DNA of 64,000 nt from an uncultured bacterium (GCA_963705505.1 CAVPJU010000010.1:704001-768000), one strand, 5' to 3'. Positions 28,173-38,018 are shown, numbered from the stretch's first letter. Notes: generated from the sequence alone by a model not told the origin. Program-made: numbers and translations.

Positions 28173-28640
28173 TTAGAAATCAAGCTCCAGGTTAGCCTTT
28201 TCTATATCAACGTACGGTATGGAGAAACTGCCCCCCTCTGTCTCAACAGTTACAAGACCATCCTTGAATTCGAGGAGTTTCCCGATAAATAATTTCCTCT
28301 TTTCAAAATCCTTATTTGTTTTAATTTTCACCTTTTTTCCCTTAAATCTTAAAAAATCATCGGGTTTCTTAAGCGCCCTCGTTAGGCCCGGAGAAGAAAC
28401 CTCAAGCGTATAGGAATTCGGTATCATATCATGTATATCGAGAAGGGTCCCGAGCTCCCTGCTTACAACCGCGCAGTCATCTATCGTAACGCCTTCTTCT
28501 TTGTCTATGAAAACCCTCAGCACGCCGTTTTTTCCCTGTCCCTTGAACTGTATATCGAAGAGCTCAAGGTCTCTGCTTGCAAGGAGCGGCTCTAATAACT
28601 CCCTGACATTAAACAAAATATCCTTTTCCCGGGAATCCAT
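28173..28640 (-). CDS. rimP: Ribosome maturation factor RimP
   Basis: LRVFID, GVTIDDC, YTLEVSSPGLTR. Confidence 0.97.
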   Translation of the reverse strand: MDSREKDILFNVRELLEPLLASRDLELFDIQFKGQGKNGVLRVFIDKEEGVTIDDCAVVSRELGTLLDIHDMIPNSYTLEVSSPGLTRALKKPDDFLRFKGKKVKIKTNKDFEKRKLFIGKLLEFKDGLVTVETEGGSFSIPYVDIEKANLELDF

Positions 28641-28658
28641 TTTGCCTTGCTCTCAATT

Positions 28659-28720
28659 AAAAAAGCGGGACGTACCCGCTTTAAGGAATAGATTTTACCC
28701 TAATAGGCATGATAGAGCAA
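28659..28720 (-). promoter_or_regulatory. rimP promoter and leader terminator-like hairpin
   Basis: TTGCTC-17-TAAAAT (28720-28692), then AAAGCGGG-TACGT-CCCGCTTTTTT about 20 nt before the rimP ATG. Confidence 0.65.
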
Positions 28721-28771
28721 GGCAGGCGAGCGGGCCCGAGGAGGGGAGACGGGCGTCTTCCGGGACGTATC

Positions 28772-30832
28772 TCAGGCTTTTATTCTCTTGAGTTTCTTTA
28801 ACAATTCGGCGAGCAGTCTCAGACCCTCTTCATCATCCGAGCCGCCGAACCTCAGGCGCAGGTACTTATCGGTAAGTAGCTCCATGAGCGGCGAGCCCGG
28901 GTACGAGCTTACGGCAAGAGCGCCTGAGAACTCCCTCGCGGTCATAGATTCAGGCTTGGGAAACCCCTTCTTCGAAAGGTACCCGAGCGCATCCCTATAT
29001 GCGGCTGACGCCTTCTGCCCGGTACCTGCATTCCTCCTTCGCAGGAGCGATCCGATATCGGGCTTTGTCAGAAAAACCCAAGTAAATAAGAGCAATGCCG
29101 CGATAACCGCTGCCGCTCTTTTATCGAATAAGGATTTAAATCCGGAGAAGCCCGAAAATGCCTTGCTGTTCCAGCTCCACCTATCGCGGACACGGTTCAG
29201 GAGCCGGATCTGATCCCTCTGGCTGAAATCGATTACATACCTGCTCCATCTGAACCTTAAATAATCGACGTACGAAGCGATAACGGAAAAAGCCCCCGCT
29301 TCCCTGCGATTCCCGCCCTCGGGTGTAGGGTCGAAGGAGACCCAGCCGTGCTCGGGGAAATATGCCTCGACCCACGAGTGGGCGTCGCTCTGTCGGACAA
29401 GGAAAAAATTTCCCTGTTCATTCACCTCCCCCCCTATAAATCCGTTCACGATTCTCGTAGGAATCCCGACCTCCCGTAAAAGTACCGCCATGGCAGTCGC
29501 AAAATACTCGCAGTGCCCCTCTTTTTTGTCAAAGAGAAACTCCTCCAGCGGGTATCCCCCGGAGTCTCCCTCAAGAGTCCTCGTATATCTGAAATTCGCA
29601 AGCAGGTAGCGTTTTACGGAGATCGCTTTATCATAGTTATCGGTATCGAGGGACGTTATCCGGAGTGCCAGCTCCTTTGTCCGATTGCCGAGCGGAGGAA
29701 GCGCCAAATAAGCTTCCATATCGTCCGCATAAGGAGGATTATCCTCCCGCAATTCATCAGGCGGGGGCTCGTGTACGTCAGAAAACGCATAATATTTTAT
29801 CCTGTAGGAAGTCCTGTCGGGGAGGACGTAGGAGTCGTTTATCCCCGCCACCCTGCCGCCCGGAACGGAACCGAACCCCATGGGGACATTCGCCGAAAAC
29901 AGCACGTCCGTGTCCAGAGGCTCCGTGATTATCTCCTGCTCTAGGTAGTCTTTACCGCTCCCTTTGTCGTTCACAATCACCCGGCCTTCCCGGTCGGGCT
30001 TATGGACCCTGTAACCGACCGACGCGGCCCTCCACGTTATGCCGTCGAACTCGTTTAGCGCAACACCCCTCCAGTAAACGGGGTAAGGGACGTCGTCTAT
30101 CTGCCGGTTGAGAACCCTGACCATCATCACGGGCGAGCCGTCTAGTTTTATCTCCCCTACCCTGCCGAGTTTAACCTCATCCGAGAAGCCGCTCCGTAAT
30201 TCCCCGGTCCTGAGGAACCCTGAGCTGAAGTAGCTCCCCCTCAACCTCGGGACGGATATGAATATAAGCGCCGCCGTGAGAAATATACAAAAGCTCACGA
30301 CGAACGTGGTGCTGAGAAAAAGGGGTGTGACGAGCTCAGGGTCTCCGCTCCGCTCACCCTCCGCATCGAGCGACCCTCTTCTCATTTCGAAAACGATAAC
30401 GGCCCAGATCGCGACGGCAATGTATACGATAAATGCAACTGCATATGAAAAGTTGACCGTAATTATCGTCCCCGCCAGGAACTGAAAGAAGCTGAGAACA
30501 TAGATTTGAATTATGTCCCTCATCTTTTTCCTGCTGAGTAGCTTTATCGCCTGTGTGAAAATCAGAAAATCCAGTATGCCCTGAAAAAGCTCGACCCCCA
30601 GGAAGAATGTGCCGAGAGCGATGTAGAGAACGAGCAAAAGCGCGAGCAGGGTCGAAGCACCGTGACCGAGGTAGTAACTCTTCCCGTATCTGCCGTTTAT
30701 GAAGCTGAGCGTTAAGGATATGGAAAATATTGCCGTCGCGGGGAGGCCGACCGCGCCCGTGAGGTAAATGGCCAGAAACCCCGCAAGGGCGATGAGATGC
30801 GTAAATATTACAAGCGCTCGGGAGATTCTCAT
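28772..30832 (-). CDS. DUF3488/transglutaminase-like membrane protein (TgpA family)
   Basis: N-terminal TM bundle; YWRGVAL; GHCEYFATAM, DAHSWVE, FDPTP. Confidence 0.93.
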   Translation of the reverse strand: MRISRALVIFTHLIALAGFLAIYLTGAVGLPATAIFSISLTLSFINGRYGKSYYLGHGASTLLALLLVLYIALGTFFLGVELFQGILDFLIFTQAIKLLSRKKMRDIIQIYVLSFFQFLAGTIITVNFSYAVAFIVYIAVAIWAVIVFEMRRGSLDAEGERSGDPELVTPLFLSTTFVVSFCIFLTAALIFISVPRLRGSYFSSGFLRTGELRSGFSDEVKLGRVGEIKLDGSPVMMVRVLNRQIDDVPYPVYWRGVALNEFDGITWRAASVGYRVHKPDREGRVIVNDKGSGKDYLEQEIITEPLDTDVLFSANVPMGFGSVPGGRVAGINDSYVLPDRTSYRIKYYAFSDVHEPPPDELREDNPPYADDMEAYLALPPLGNRTKELALRITSLDTDNYDKAISVKRYLLANFRYTRTLEGDSGGYPLEEFLFDKKEGHCEYFATAMAVLLREVGIPTRIVNGFIGGEVNEQGNFFLVRQSDAHSWVEAYFPEHGWVSFDPTPEGGNRREAGAFSVIASYVDYLRFRWSRYVIDFSQRDQIRLLNRVRDRWSWNSKAFSGFSGFKSLFDKRAAAVIAALLLFTWVFLTKPDIGSLLRRRNAGTGQKASAAYRDALGYLSKKGFPKPESMTAREFSGALAVSSYPGSPLMELLTDKYLRLRFGGSDDEEGLRLLAELLKKLKRIKA

Positions 30833-31003
30833 ATTAAATTCCGAGTAAGGACTTCGAATTTAAACCGGGATCACGCCCACGGATTAAATTCTATACCCTT
30901 TCAAATAGGTGTAAATGTTCTTATTCGGATATGAAACGCAAAGAGGCAAAAGGCGGGATCGTACGGAGTACTCCCGACCGAGACGTAAACGGGATCAAGG
31001 GCC

Positions 31004-31420
31004 TCAGCGGCCTTTACCCCTAAATCTTGCTTTTATCTGACGAAGTGTATCTTCCTGCTCCGGGGTCAGGACATTTTTGATCTTAAGATACATCTCGACC
31101 TTGATACGGGTGAGGTTCGCTTTTACATCCTCGATGTCGTCCGTTATCTTCAAGACCTCGTCTCTCGAGCATTCGGGTTTTCTGAGGGTATCCAGGAGCT
31201 CGTTCTCCTTTCCGTTGAGCTCCTTTTGAAACGTTATTATCTGTTCTTTATAAGAATTAAAAATATTTTCTATAGAGTCGACCTGTTCCGCGGTCAGACC
31301 CATCTCCTGAGCTATGCGCGGGTTTTTCCACCACTTGTAATGGATTTCCCCGCTTAAGATGCCGAATGCATTTATCGAGAAGAGACATGTGCAAATGACT
31401 AACGCGAGCGATGCCCTCAA
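31004..31420 (-). CDS. Spy/CpxP/ZraP-like periplasmic protein
   Basis: Signal peptide; two LTxEQ motifs; follows the ECF/anti-sigma pair. Confidence 0.82.
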   Translation of the reverse strand: MRASLALVICTCLFSINAFGILSGEIHYKWWKNPRIAQEMGLTAEQVDSIENIFNSYKEQIITFQKELNGKENELLDTLRKPECSRDEVLKITDDIEDVKANLTRIKVEMYLKIKNVLTPEQEDTLRQIKARFRGKGR

Positions 31421-31926
31421 TTCATATCTCCGTTTCCGTTTATTTTCATTATTTCGACTCCGTTATCCCAGGGACCGTAGATCGAGAGCTCTTCGGTAGT
31501 TTCTCTCGTAGTGGCATTGTCGAGCTCAAGGAGAAGCATCTCGTCCTGCTCGTCGCTATTCGAATTATTCTGGTAACCCGAATCGGGCCCGATTAAGGCA
31601 AATGTAAAAATCCCCACTATCAATATCGACGCCAGCGCACCGGCGAGCGCCCAGTTCGGCTTTAATTTTTTAAGACGCGTGAAAAATCCCGGATAGAACC
31701 CGCTCTGCTCTTTTGAAACGCGATCCCAGAAGGTAGAGACGAAGTCGGCCCTCGGCTCGATTTCCCGCCATTCATCGAGCAAACTCCAGACGCTCTCGGA
31801 TTGCGCGAGGTATTGGCTGCATTCTTCGCATTCCCCGAGATGGGCTTCGACCAAATCCCTGTCCCCGTCAGGCAAGTCCTGCGAGGAATAACGGATAACC
31901 AGCTCCCTACAATCCCTACATTCCAT
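31417..31926 (-). CDS. zf-HC2 anti-sigma factor
   Basis: HLGECEEC zinc motif; one TM helix; overlaps the ECF sigma gene. Confidence 0.9.
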   Translation of the reverse strand: MECRDCRELVIRYSSQDLPDGDRDLVEAHLGECEECSQYLAQSESVWSLLDEWREIEPRADFVSTFWDRVSKEQSGFYPGFFTRLKKLKPNWALAGALASILIVGIFTFALIGPDSGYQNNSNSDEQDEMLLLELDNATTRETTEELSIYGPWDNGVEIMKINGNGDMN

Positions 31927-32485
31927 GCTCTCCTCCCGTCAGATACGGTTTTAATCTGTCGATTAATTTCATCCTTCCTCTATGGACGTAAGCTTTGACC
32001 GCGCCTACGGTACATTCAAGAACCTCCGCTGTCTCTTCATAAGATAACCCCTCGTATTTACAAAGCATAATAGCGACTCTCTCCCTTTCGGGCAACGACT
32101 CCATCGCCTGAAATATAACGTCTTTTATCTCCTTTCTATAAATCAAATCGTCCGCTATCTCGAGCGCCGAATCCTCGACGTCTCCCGTGCCGTCGTTGAT
32201 TTCATCGAGGCTCATGTTGTTATTTTTTTTCTTTACGTGAGTGAGACTTACGTTTGTCGCAATTTTGTAGAGCCATGTCGAGAACTTGGCTTCAGGCCTG
32301 TAGCTCTTTCGAGACCTGTATATTCTCAAAAATACCTCCTGCGCAAGGTCTTCGGAGTTCTCCCTCAGATTCGTATATCTGTATATATAATTCACGACCC
32401 CTCTGTAATGTCTTCTCATTAATTCGCTGAACGCACCGTCGTCCCCAGACTTTGCCCTCAACATAAGCTCTATGTCACTGTCCAT
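31916..32485 (-). CDS. ECF RNA polymerase sigma factor
   Basis: EDLAQEVF, FSTWLYKIATN, EGLSYEE, GAVK..HRGR. Confidence 0.95.
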   Translation of the reverse strand: MDSDIELMLRAKSGDDGAFSELMRRHYRGVVNYIYRYTNLRENSEDLAQEVFLRIYRSRKSYRPEAKFSTWLYKIATNVSLTHVKKKNNNMSLDEINDGTGDVEDSALEIADDLIYRKEIKDVIFQAMESLPERERVAIMLCKYEGLSYEETAEVLECTVGAVKAYVHRGRMKLIDRLKPYLTGGEHGM

Positions 32486-32513
32486 ATGAATGCCATAATA
32501 GCCCTACAATTTA

Positions 32514-32540
32514 TTAACTTTAAATTACGGAAAAGGTTTC
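32514..32540 (-). promoter_or_regulatory. Putative ECF autoregulatory promoter GAAAC-17-GTTAA
   Basis: AAC-type -35 and GT-type -10 directly upstream of the ECF gene. Confidence 0.5.
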
Positions 32541-32708
32541 GGAGAATCCCCGCGCTTCTCTAAAATTGTCTCCGGGCTATACCGGATTAATATTATGCTC
32601 CGAGACGGGTCAAGAGCACCCGCCTCGAACCGTATAATCGGTTATTTATTAATTAATATGTTATATCAATGAAACCGAGTACCGGCGCTATTGATTATCC
32701 GGCTCGAT

Positions 32709-33281
32709 CTATTTCTTTTTCATCCTCTCCAGATACTGCCCTGTCCGGGTATCGACCTTGATCACGTCCCCCACATCTATGAACAGGGGGACCTGGATCG
32801 TAGCGCCCGTCTCGAGTACGGCAGGCTTTGTCGCCCCTGTAACCGTGTCGCCCCTCATTCCGGGCTCGGTGTCCTTTATCTCGAGCTCGACAGCCGTCGG
32901 GACCTCGACCCCCATGGGCTCGTTATTGAAGTAAAGGACGTTTACCTCCTGCTGGTCCTTTATAAAGGCAGAGGCCTCGCCCACCTGGGCTCCGGTAAGG
33001 GTGTTCTGCTCGTAGGTCTCGAGATCCATGAAGTGATACCCGATATCGTCCTTATAAAGGAACTGCATTGCCTTCCTCTCCGTGTCCGGCACCCTGAAAG
33101 AATCGCCCGACCTGAAGTTCTTCTCCTGCACGGCGCCGGTCACGACGTTTCTGATCTTGGTTTTCATAACTGCGCTCCGCTGCGCCATCTTGGAGTGTCT
33201 GTACTCTATGATTTCCCAAATCTCACCCTCGTACTCTATCTTTAGTCCTTTATGAAACTGATTCGTCTCAACTACTCCCAT
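32709..33281 (-). CDS. efp: Elongation factor P (atypical loop)
   Basis: MQFLY, FMDLETYEQ, TEPGMRGDT, KPAVLETG, VPLFI, VDTRTGQYLER. Confidence 0.97.
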   Translation of the reverse strand: MGVVETNQFHKGLKIEYEGEIWEIIEYRHSKMAQRSAVMKTKIRNVVTGAVQEKNFRSGDSFRVPDTERKAMQFLYKDDIGYHFMDLETYEQNTLTGAQVGEASAFIKDQQEVNVLYFNNEPMGVEVPTAVELEIKDTEPGMRGDTVTGATKPAVLETGATIQVPLFIDVGDVIKVDTRTGQYLERMKKK

Positions 33282-33333
33282 TTAATTCATACCTCCTGAT
33301 GTATTTAACAGTTAAAACCAGAGATCCGATCGT

Positions 33334-33528
33334 TCAATCACTTTCATCGTCAGGCGTATCCGCCCCCTCTGCCGGTTCGTCATCCGACTCGCCGGGTATC
33401 CTGTAACTCTCGGTCACCCACGCGCCGAGGTCAGCCATCTTGCACCTTTCGGAGCAGAAGGGTCTCCATTCGTTTTTCTCCCACCGGACCCGCCTGCCGC
33501 ATTTGGGGCATTTAATTTCCATAGGCAA
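33334..33528 (-). CDS. yacG: DNA gyrase inhibitor YacG
   Basis: CPKC...RPFCSERCK..DLGAW..YRIP. Confidence 0.94.
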   Translation of the reverse strand: MPMEIKCPKCGRRVRWEKNEWRPFCSERCKMADLGAWVTESYRIPGESDDEPAEGADTPDDESD

Positions 33529-33594
33529 AGAAATTATTTCCTATGAATTTTGTAATTCAAGGACGGGAAAAAATTTGCAATAAAATCAGGAGGA

Positions 33595-34206
33595 TCAGGA
33601 TTCGACCCTGGCCGCCTCTTTCTTCGCCGGTTCTTTTTTCGGGGCAAGCGAGTCCTCCACAAGCTCGCATACTATATGCGCGAGCGTAATGTGGAGCTCC
33701 TGGACCCTGGGTGTGGATTTGGAAGGGACACTCACACAGCAATCAGCCGCCTTTTCAACCCTGCTTTTGTCCTGTCCCGTAAAGGCTATCGTCCTGAGTC
33801 CGAGGGCCCTTGCGGTCTTAAACGCTTTGATGACGTTTCCGGATTTCCCGCTCGTGGTCAGGCCCCACGCAACGTCCCCCTTATTCCCGAGCGCCTCTAT
33901 CTGCCTCGAAAAGACATCATCAAACGAGCCGTCATTCGGTATCGACGTAAGAATGGAGGAGTCCGTCGTAAGCGCAAGAGCCGAGAGCGCCTTCCTCTCC
34001 CTGCAGTACCTGTTCACGAATTCCGCCGCGATATGCTGCGAATCGGCGGCGCTCCCCCCGTTTCCGAAGATGAGTATCTTGCCGCCCGATTTAAGGGACT
34101 TCAGAATGGTCGATGCGGCTTCTTCCACCTCCGCAACCGATTCCTTGGCGAAGCGGAGCTTGATGTCGGCGCTTTCCCTGAGTCTCGAAATTATCTGTTC
34201 CTTCAT
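33595..34206 (-). CDS. gmhA: Phosphoheptose isomerase (SIS domain)
   Basis: GNGGSAADSQHIAAE, VFSRQ, TSGKS, RVQELH. Confidence 0.92.
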   Translation of the reverse strand: MKEQIISRLRESADIKLRFAKESVAEVEEAASTILKSLKSGGKILIFGNGGSAADSQHIAAEFVNRYCRERKALSALALTTDSSILTSIPNDGSFDDVFSRQIEALGNKGDVAWGLTTSGKSGNVIKAFKTARALGLRTIAFTGQDKSRVEKAADCCVSVPSKSTPRVQELHITLAHIVCELVEDSLAPKKEPAKKEAARVES

Positions 34207-34209
34207 GTT

Positions 34210-36024
34210 TTATGTCCTCTTGAACATCCTCTCTATATCGGTGTAGGTGAGCTCTCTTGCGACAGGCCTCCCGTGGGGGCACGAATGAGGGAACTCCGCA
34301 CGGTCAAGCTCGTTAAGGAGCGCCCTCATCTTCTCGTGGCTGAGCTCGTAATTTGCCCTTATGGACGAGTGGCACGCCATTGTCGAAATCACGGTGTCTA
34401 TTCTTTCGGTCAGACTCCGCTCCGCTCCGGACTCCTTTATCTCGGAGACTATATCCCTGACGAGACGCTTGAGATCGGTGTTTTTAAGGAGCGCCGGCAC
34501 TCTCCTTATTATAAACGTATTATTACCGAACCCCTCTATACCCAATCCGAGAGCGGCCAAGTCCCCGCTGTGCCTGAGGAGGATATCGGACTCGTGAGGA
34601 GATAGCTCGAGAACCTCCGGCACGAGGAGGTCCTGAGTTTCGGGAGCCTCGCCGCCGGTATATGCCTTTTTAAGCCTTTCATAATTTATCCTTTCATGCG
34701 CCGCGTGCTGATCCACAAGGATCATGCCCCCTGAAGACGCGCATATTATATAGAGATCGCCCAGCTGCCCGAGTATCGTGAGGCCCGAATAAAGCCCCGC
34801 TTCCCCGAATAGCTCCAATGGCCCTGGCTCCCGAGACCGGGAATCAGAGTGAGGCTCGTGAATAATGCCCGGGAATTCCGTTACGTGTGCATCGCTCTCC
34901 TTATCATATACGGCAGCGCCGTTCCCGCGCGGAAAACTTTCATTCTCGCTAATAACGCCCGTGCCGTAGCCCGTCCCGGTTTCACGCGCGATCTCAAAAC
35001 CCCGGGCGGGGTATTGAAACCTGCGAGCATAGCCCTTGAGCCATGGCGCCTTTTCCAGCATCCGTGTTACGGACTCCCTTACGAGATCGCCTACGAGCCT
35101 CGCGTTCCCGAACCGAACCTCGTTTTTAGTCGGGTGGACATTCACGTCCACGTCAGCCCCTGAGATATCGACGAAAAGCACACCCTGCGGGAACCTCCCC
35201 TTCTCGAGCATCCTCCCGTACGAATCTATCAGGATACGCGTAAGGAACCTGTCCCTGACCGCCCTCCCGTTCACATACGCGTAGAGCTTTTGTGTAGTGG
35301 ACCTCGCGTCGAGAGGGCTTCCGAGGAAGCCGGATATGCGCACTCCCGAGCCCCCGGCTTCTACCGGATACAGCTCGATGCCCGGGTATATCTCCCTGAT
35401 CCTCTCGGAGACGTTTTCCCGCGCGGGCAGGTGAAGGAGGACCCTGTCCCCGCTTCTGAGCTCAAAACCTATGCCGGGCCTGGATATAGCCTCCCTCTCC
35501 ACCACATCGAGGACATTCGAAAGCTCGGTCTCGGTCTTTTTCATGAATTTTAGTCTGGGTGGCGTATTGTAGAAAAGATTCCTCACTTCAACCGCAGTCC
35601 CCTGCGGCGCGCCCGTTTCTTCGACGCTCCTTACGATACCGCCTTCCACGGTAATTATCGTGCCTATCACCTCATCGGGCGTCCTCGTCGTCATCCTGAA
35701 CCGGGAAACGCTCGCTATGCTGGGAATGGCCTCGCCCCTGAATCCGAGGGAGCTTACGGAAAAGAGGTCGCGTATCTCCTTAATCTTGCTCGTAGCGTGA
35801 CGCTCGATCGACATTATGGAGTCGTCCCTCGTCATTCCCTCGCCGTCATCGGACACTTTTATAAGCCTCTTTCCGCCCGCCTCGAGCTCGATGTCTATCC
35901 TCGTGCTTCCGGCGTCTATTGAGTTTTCAACTAGCTCTTTTACAACGGATGCGGGCCTTTCCACTATCTCCCCGGCCGCTATCTTGGAGACAAGATTGTC
36001 GGACAGAATCCTTATCTTACCCAT
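34210..36024 (-). CDS. mutL: DNA mismatch repair endonuclease MutL
   Basis: IAAGEIVERPASVVKELVENS, GFRGEA, DVNVHPTK, DQHAAHERI, ACH, CPHGRP. Confidence 0.98.
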   Translation of the reverse strand: MGKIRILSDNLVSKIAAGEIVERPASVVKELVENSIDAGSTRIDIELEAGGKRLIKVSDDGEGMTRDDSIMSIERHATSKIKEIRDLFSVSSLGFRGEAIPSIASVSRFRMTTRTPDEVIGTIITVEGGIVRSVEETGAPQGTAVEVRNLFYNTPPRLKFMKKTETELSNVLDVVEREAISRPGIGFELRSGDRVLLHLPARENVSERIREIYPGIELYPVEAGGSGVRISGFLGSPLDARSTTQKLYAYVNGRAVRDRFLTRILIDSYGRMLEKGRFPQGVLFVDISGADVDVNVHPTKNEVRFGNARLVGDLVRESVTRMLEKAPWLKGYARRFQYPARGFEIARETGTGYGTGVISENESFPRGNGAAVYDKESDAHVTEFPGIIHEPHSDSRSREPGPLELFGEAGLYSGLTILGQLGDLYIICASSGGMILVDQHAAHERINYERLKKAYTGGEAPETQDLLVPEVLELSPHESDILLRHSGDLAALGLGIEGFGNNTFIIRRVPALLKNTDLKRLVRDIVSEIKESGAERSLTERIDTVISTMACHSSIRANYELSHEKMRALLNELDRAEFPHSCPHGRPVARELTYTDIERMFKRT

Positions 36025-36127
36025 CTGGTATGTGCCAGTTTACATAAAAGAAGAATATGAGTCAAAAGGGGCAGGCAATGCACCTCGGAGCATGCGCCGC
36101 CGACCGCGCCGCGTACGTGACGGCCCC

Positions 36128-36286
36128 TCAGAAGAGCTTCAGCAGTATGAGTATAAGGAAGAACAAGAGAGGCAGCAGGACACATGCGACGGATAGGACA
36201 GTATATATGGAAAGAGTAGTCCGCGCCCCTACGCCGAAGACGTCGTCCGAGTGTTTTTTCAGAATCCTTAGATATTCCCTCAGCAT
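36128..36286 (-). CDS. Small 52-aa membrane protein (below ORF-track cut-off)
   Basis: MLREYLRILKKHSDDVFGVGARTTLSIYTVLSVACVLLPLLFFLILILLKLF*; co-oriented upstream of mutL. Confidence 0.5.
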   Translation of the reverse strand: MLREYLRILKKHSDDVFGVGARTTLSIYTVLSVACVLLPLLFFLILILLKLF

Positions 36287-36521
36287 TTGAGCTATGTATA
36301 TAATCTACTTAAAAAGGGTTAATATTGTAATGGGTTCGAAAGAGAGTCATTGACAGCCCGGTCGGGTCGAGTCTCTCAAACCTTTCAGGCTCGTTGAAAT
36401 CACGAATCTTGCGTGAAAAACATTACAGGCGGGAAAAAAACCATTATATTTGAACGCTACAAATTCGACTCCGATTATGTATAATCTTATCCTTATCTCG
36501 GAGCCAAATTAAGGAGATACG

Positions 36522-37958
36522 ATGCATCTTATGTCCGGACGTAAACCAGTCAAGGCCTTAATATCGAACATGCGCCTGCGCATTTCAACATTCATTCTTC
36601 TATCATTTTTAATGTTAAACGTTTCCATGCCGGCAGCGCATTCCGCAGATAAGGACATGGAATCGCCCAAGAGGATACTGGTCGTAAAGGATTACAAGTG
36701 GGCATCGGGCGGAATGGGAAGGCCCGCCATAATGAAGGAGATCACGCTTCAGAACATAGGCAAGTACGACTACGAGAATATCGCAATCGAAGTCGATCTG
36801 TATACGGCTACAGATATACCGTTGGGCTCTCTAAGGGCCACCATACACGACGTGCTCCCGCACGGAAGCGAAAAGACCTTCTACAACATCAACTTCGGAA
36901 TGATGAGCGCCGAGCTTCAAAATACCGTCGCGCGGATTGCGAACGCCGACCTCATAGAGAAAGGCACTCCGTTTCAGGCCAAGGACCTGATTCAGGTGAA
37001 GAGCTTCGAATGGAGCGGCGGGCAATACGGCACCGAGGGAATACTGAAAAACATTACCCTCGTCAACAAGAGCACGGAGAACTGGAAGGATATAAAGATC
37101 AGGGTCGATTTTCTGGGAATCCCCGGCGCCAAGGTCGGGATAAGAGGGTTTACGAGCAGGGCGACGATACACGATATGCTCCCGGCCAAGAGCGAACGCA
37201 CGTACCACGACGTAAACGTCGGGTTCAGGCACCCCGATGCGAGGAAGGTCGATATAAGCGTAATGAGCGCAAGGGCGATCTCCGAGAAAGAACTCAAGGT
37301 CAAGATGGCCAAGAAAGAGGGGAAGAAGGCGGTAAGGAAGAAAAAGAAGAAAGCCGTAGCATCCGCCGAGGGAACGACGCCGGGGACTCAGGAAGGGGGA
37401 GGCGCGATCCCGGAGAGCCAGAAGGAGCTCTCCCTGTCAGAACGCTACAAGCAGAAGCTGGCCCAGGAAAAGGGAGAGACCGTAGAAGGCACGGAAGGCG
37501 CGACTGCGGAGCCGGGTGCGGCAGCTCCGCCTGAAACGGCCGCCCAGAAAGAGGCCGTGACCGAGCCCGGAGGAGAAAAGGCCGCAGAAGGCGAAACCGC
37601 AGCGGAAGGGGAAGAGGGCGGGGAAGAATATGAATACGAGGAAGAGGTGCCGCTCCCCGAAGAGGACATAGTCGTCGCTGACTTTAAATGGGGGGGCGGA
37701 GTGACGGGGACTATCGGGAAGATAGACGAAATTACGCTCCAGAACATGAGCGACATAACGTATACGAAGATCGAGCTCAAGATAGAGTTCTATTCGTTTA
37801 AGGAAGAATCGCCCATGTTCTCGAACAAGACGGTCATATACGATGTCCTGCCCGCCAACAGCAAAAAAACATTCAGAAACATTAAAGCGGGCTATCTGAA
37901 CGCCATACCGCAGGAAGTCCGGATATTGGTGCTTACCGCCGTACCGTTCAGCCAGTAG
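36522..37958 (+). CDS. Exported protein with three repeated beta-rich domains and a charged linker
   Basis: AAGGAG SD; signal peptide; three repeats of W.GG..G....ITL.N....I.D.LP..; Lys-rich then Glu-rich linker. Confidence 0.85.
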   Translation: MHLMSGRKPVKALISNMRLRISTFILLSFLMLNVSMPAAHSADKDMESPKRILVVKDYKWASGGMGRPAIMKEITLQNIGKYDYENIAIEVDLYTATDIPLGSLRATIHDVLPHGSEKTFYNINFGMMSAELQNTVARIANADLIEKGTPFQAKDLIQVKSFEWSGGQYGTEGILKNITLVNKSTENWKDIKIRVDFLGIPGAKVGIRGFTSRATIHDMLPAKSERTYHDVNVGFRHPDARKVDISVMSARAISEKELKVKMAKKEGKKAVRKKKKKAVASAEGTTPGTQEGGGAIPESQKELSLSERYKQKLAQEKGETVEGTEGATAEPGAAAPPETAAQKEAVTEPGGEKAAEGETAAEGEEGGEEYEYEEEVPLPEEDIVVADFKWGGGVTGTIGKIDEITLQNMSDITYTKIELKIEFYSFKEESPMFSNKTVIYDVLPANSKKTFRNIKAGYLNAIPQEVRILVLTAVPFSQ

Positions 37959-38018
37959 AGGGAGCGTTCGACCAGGGAGTTCCTTATCCGCACCGGGAAT
38001 TAACCGGGCTAGCCGTGT

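Noticed and set aside
36698..37534. 278-aa Arg-rich alternative-frame ORF
   Set aside because: Same-strand frame shadow of the 478-aa repeat protein; composition is typical of an off-frame translation.
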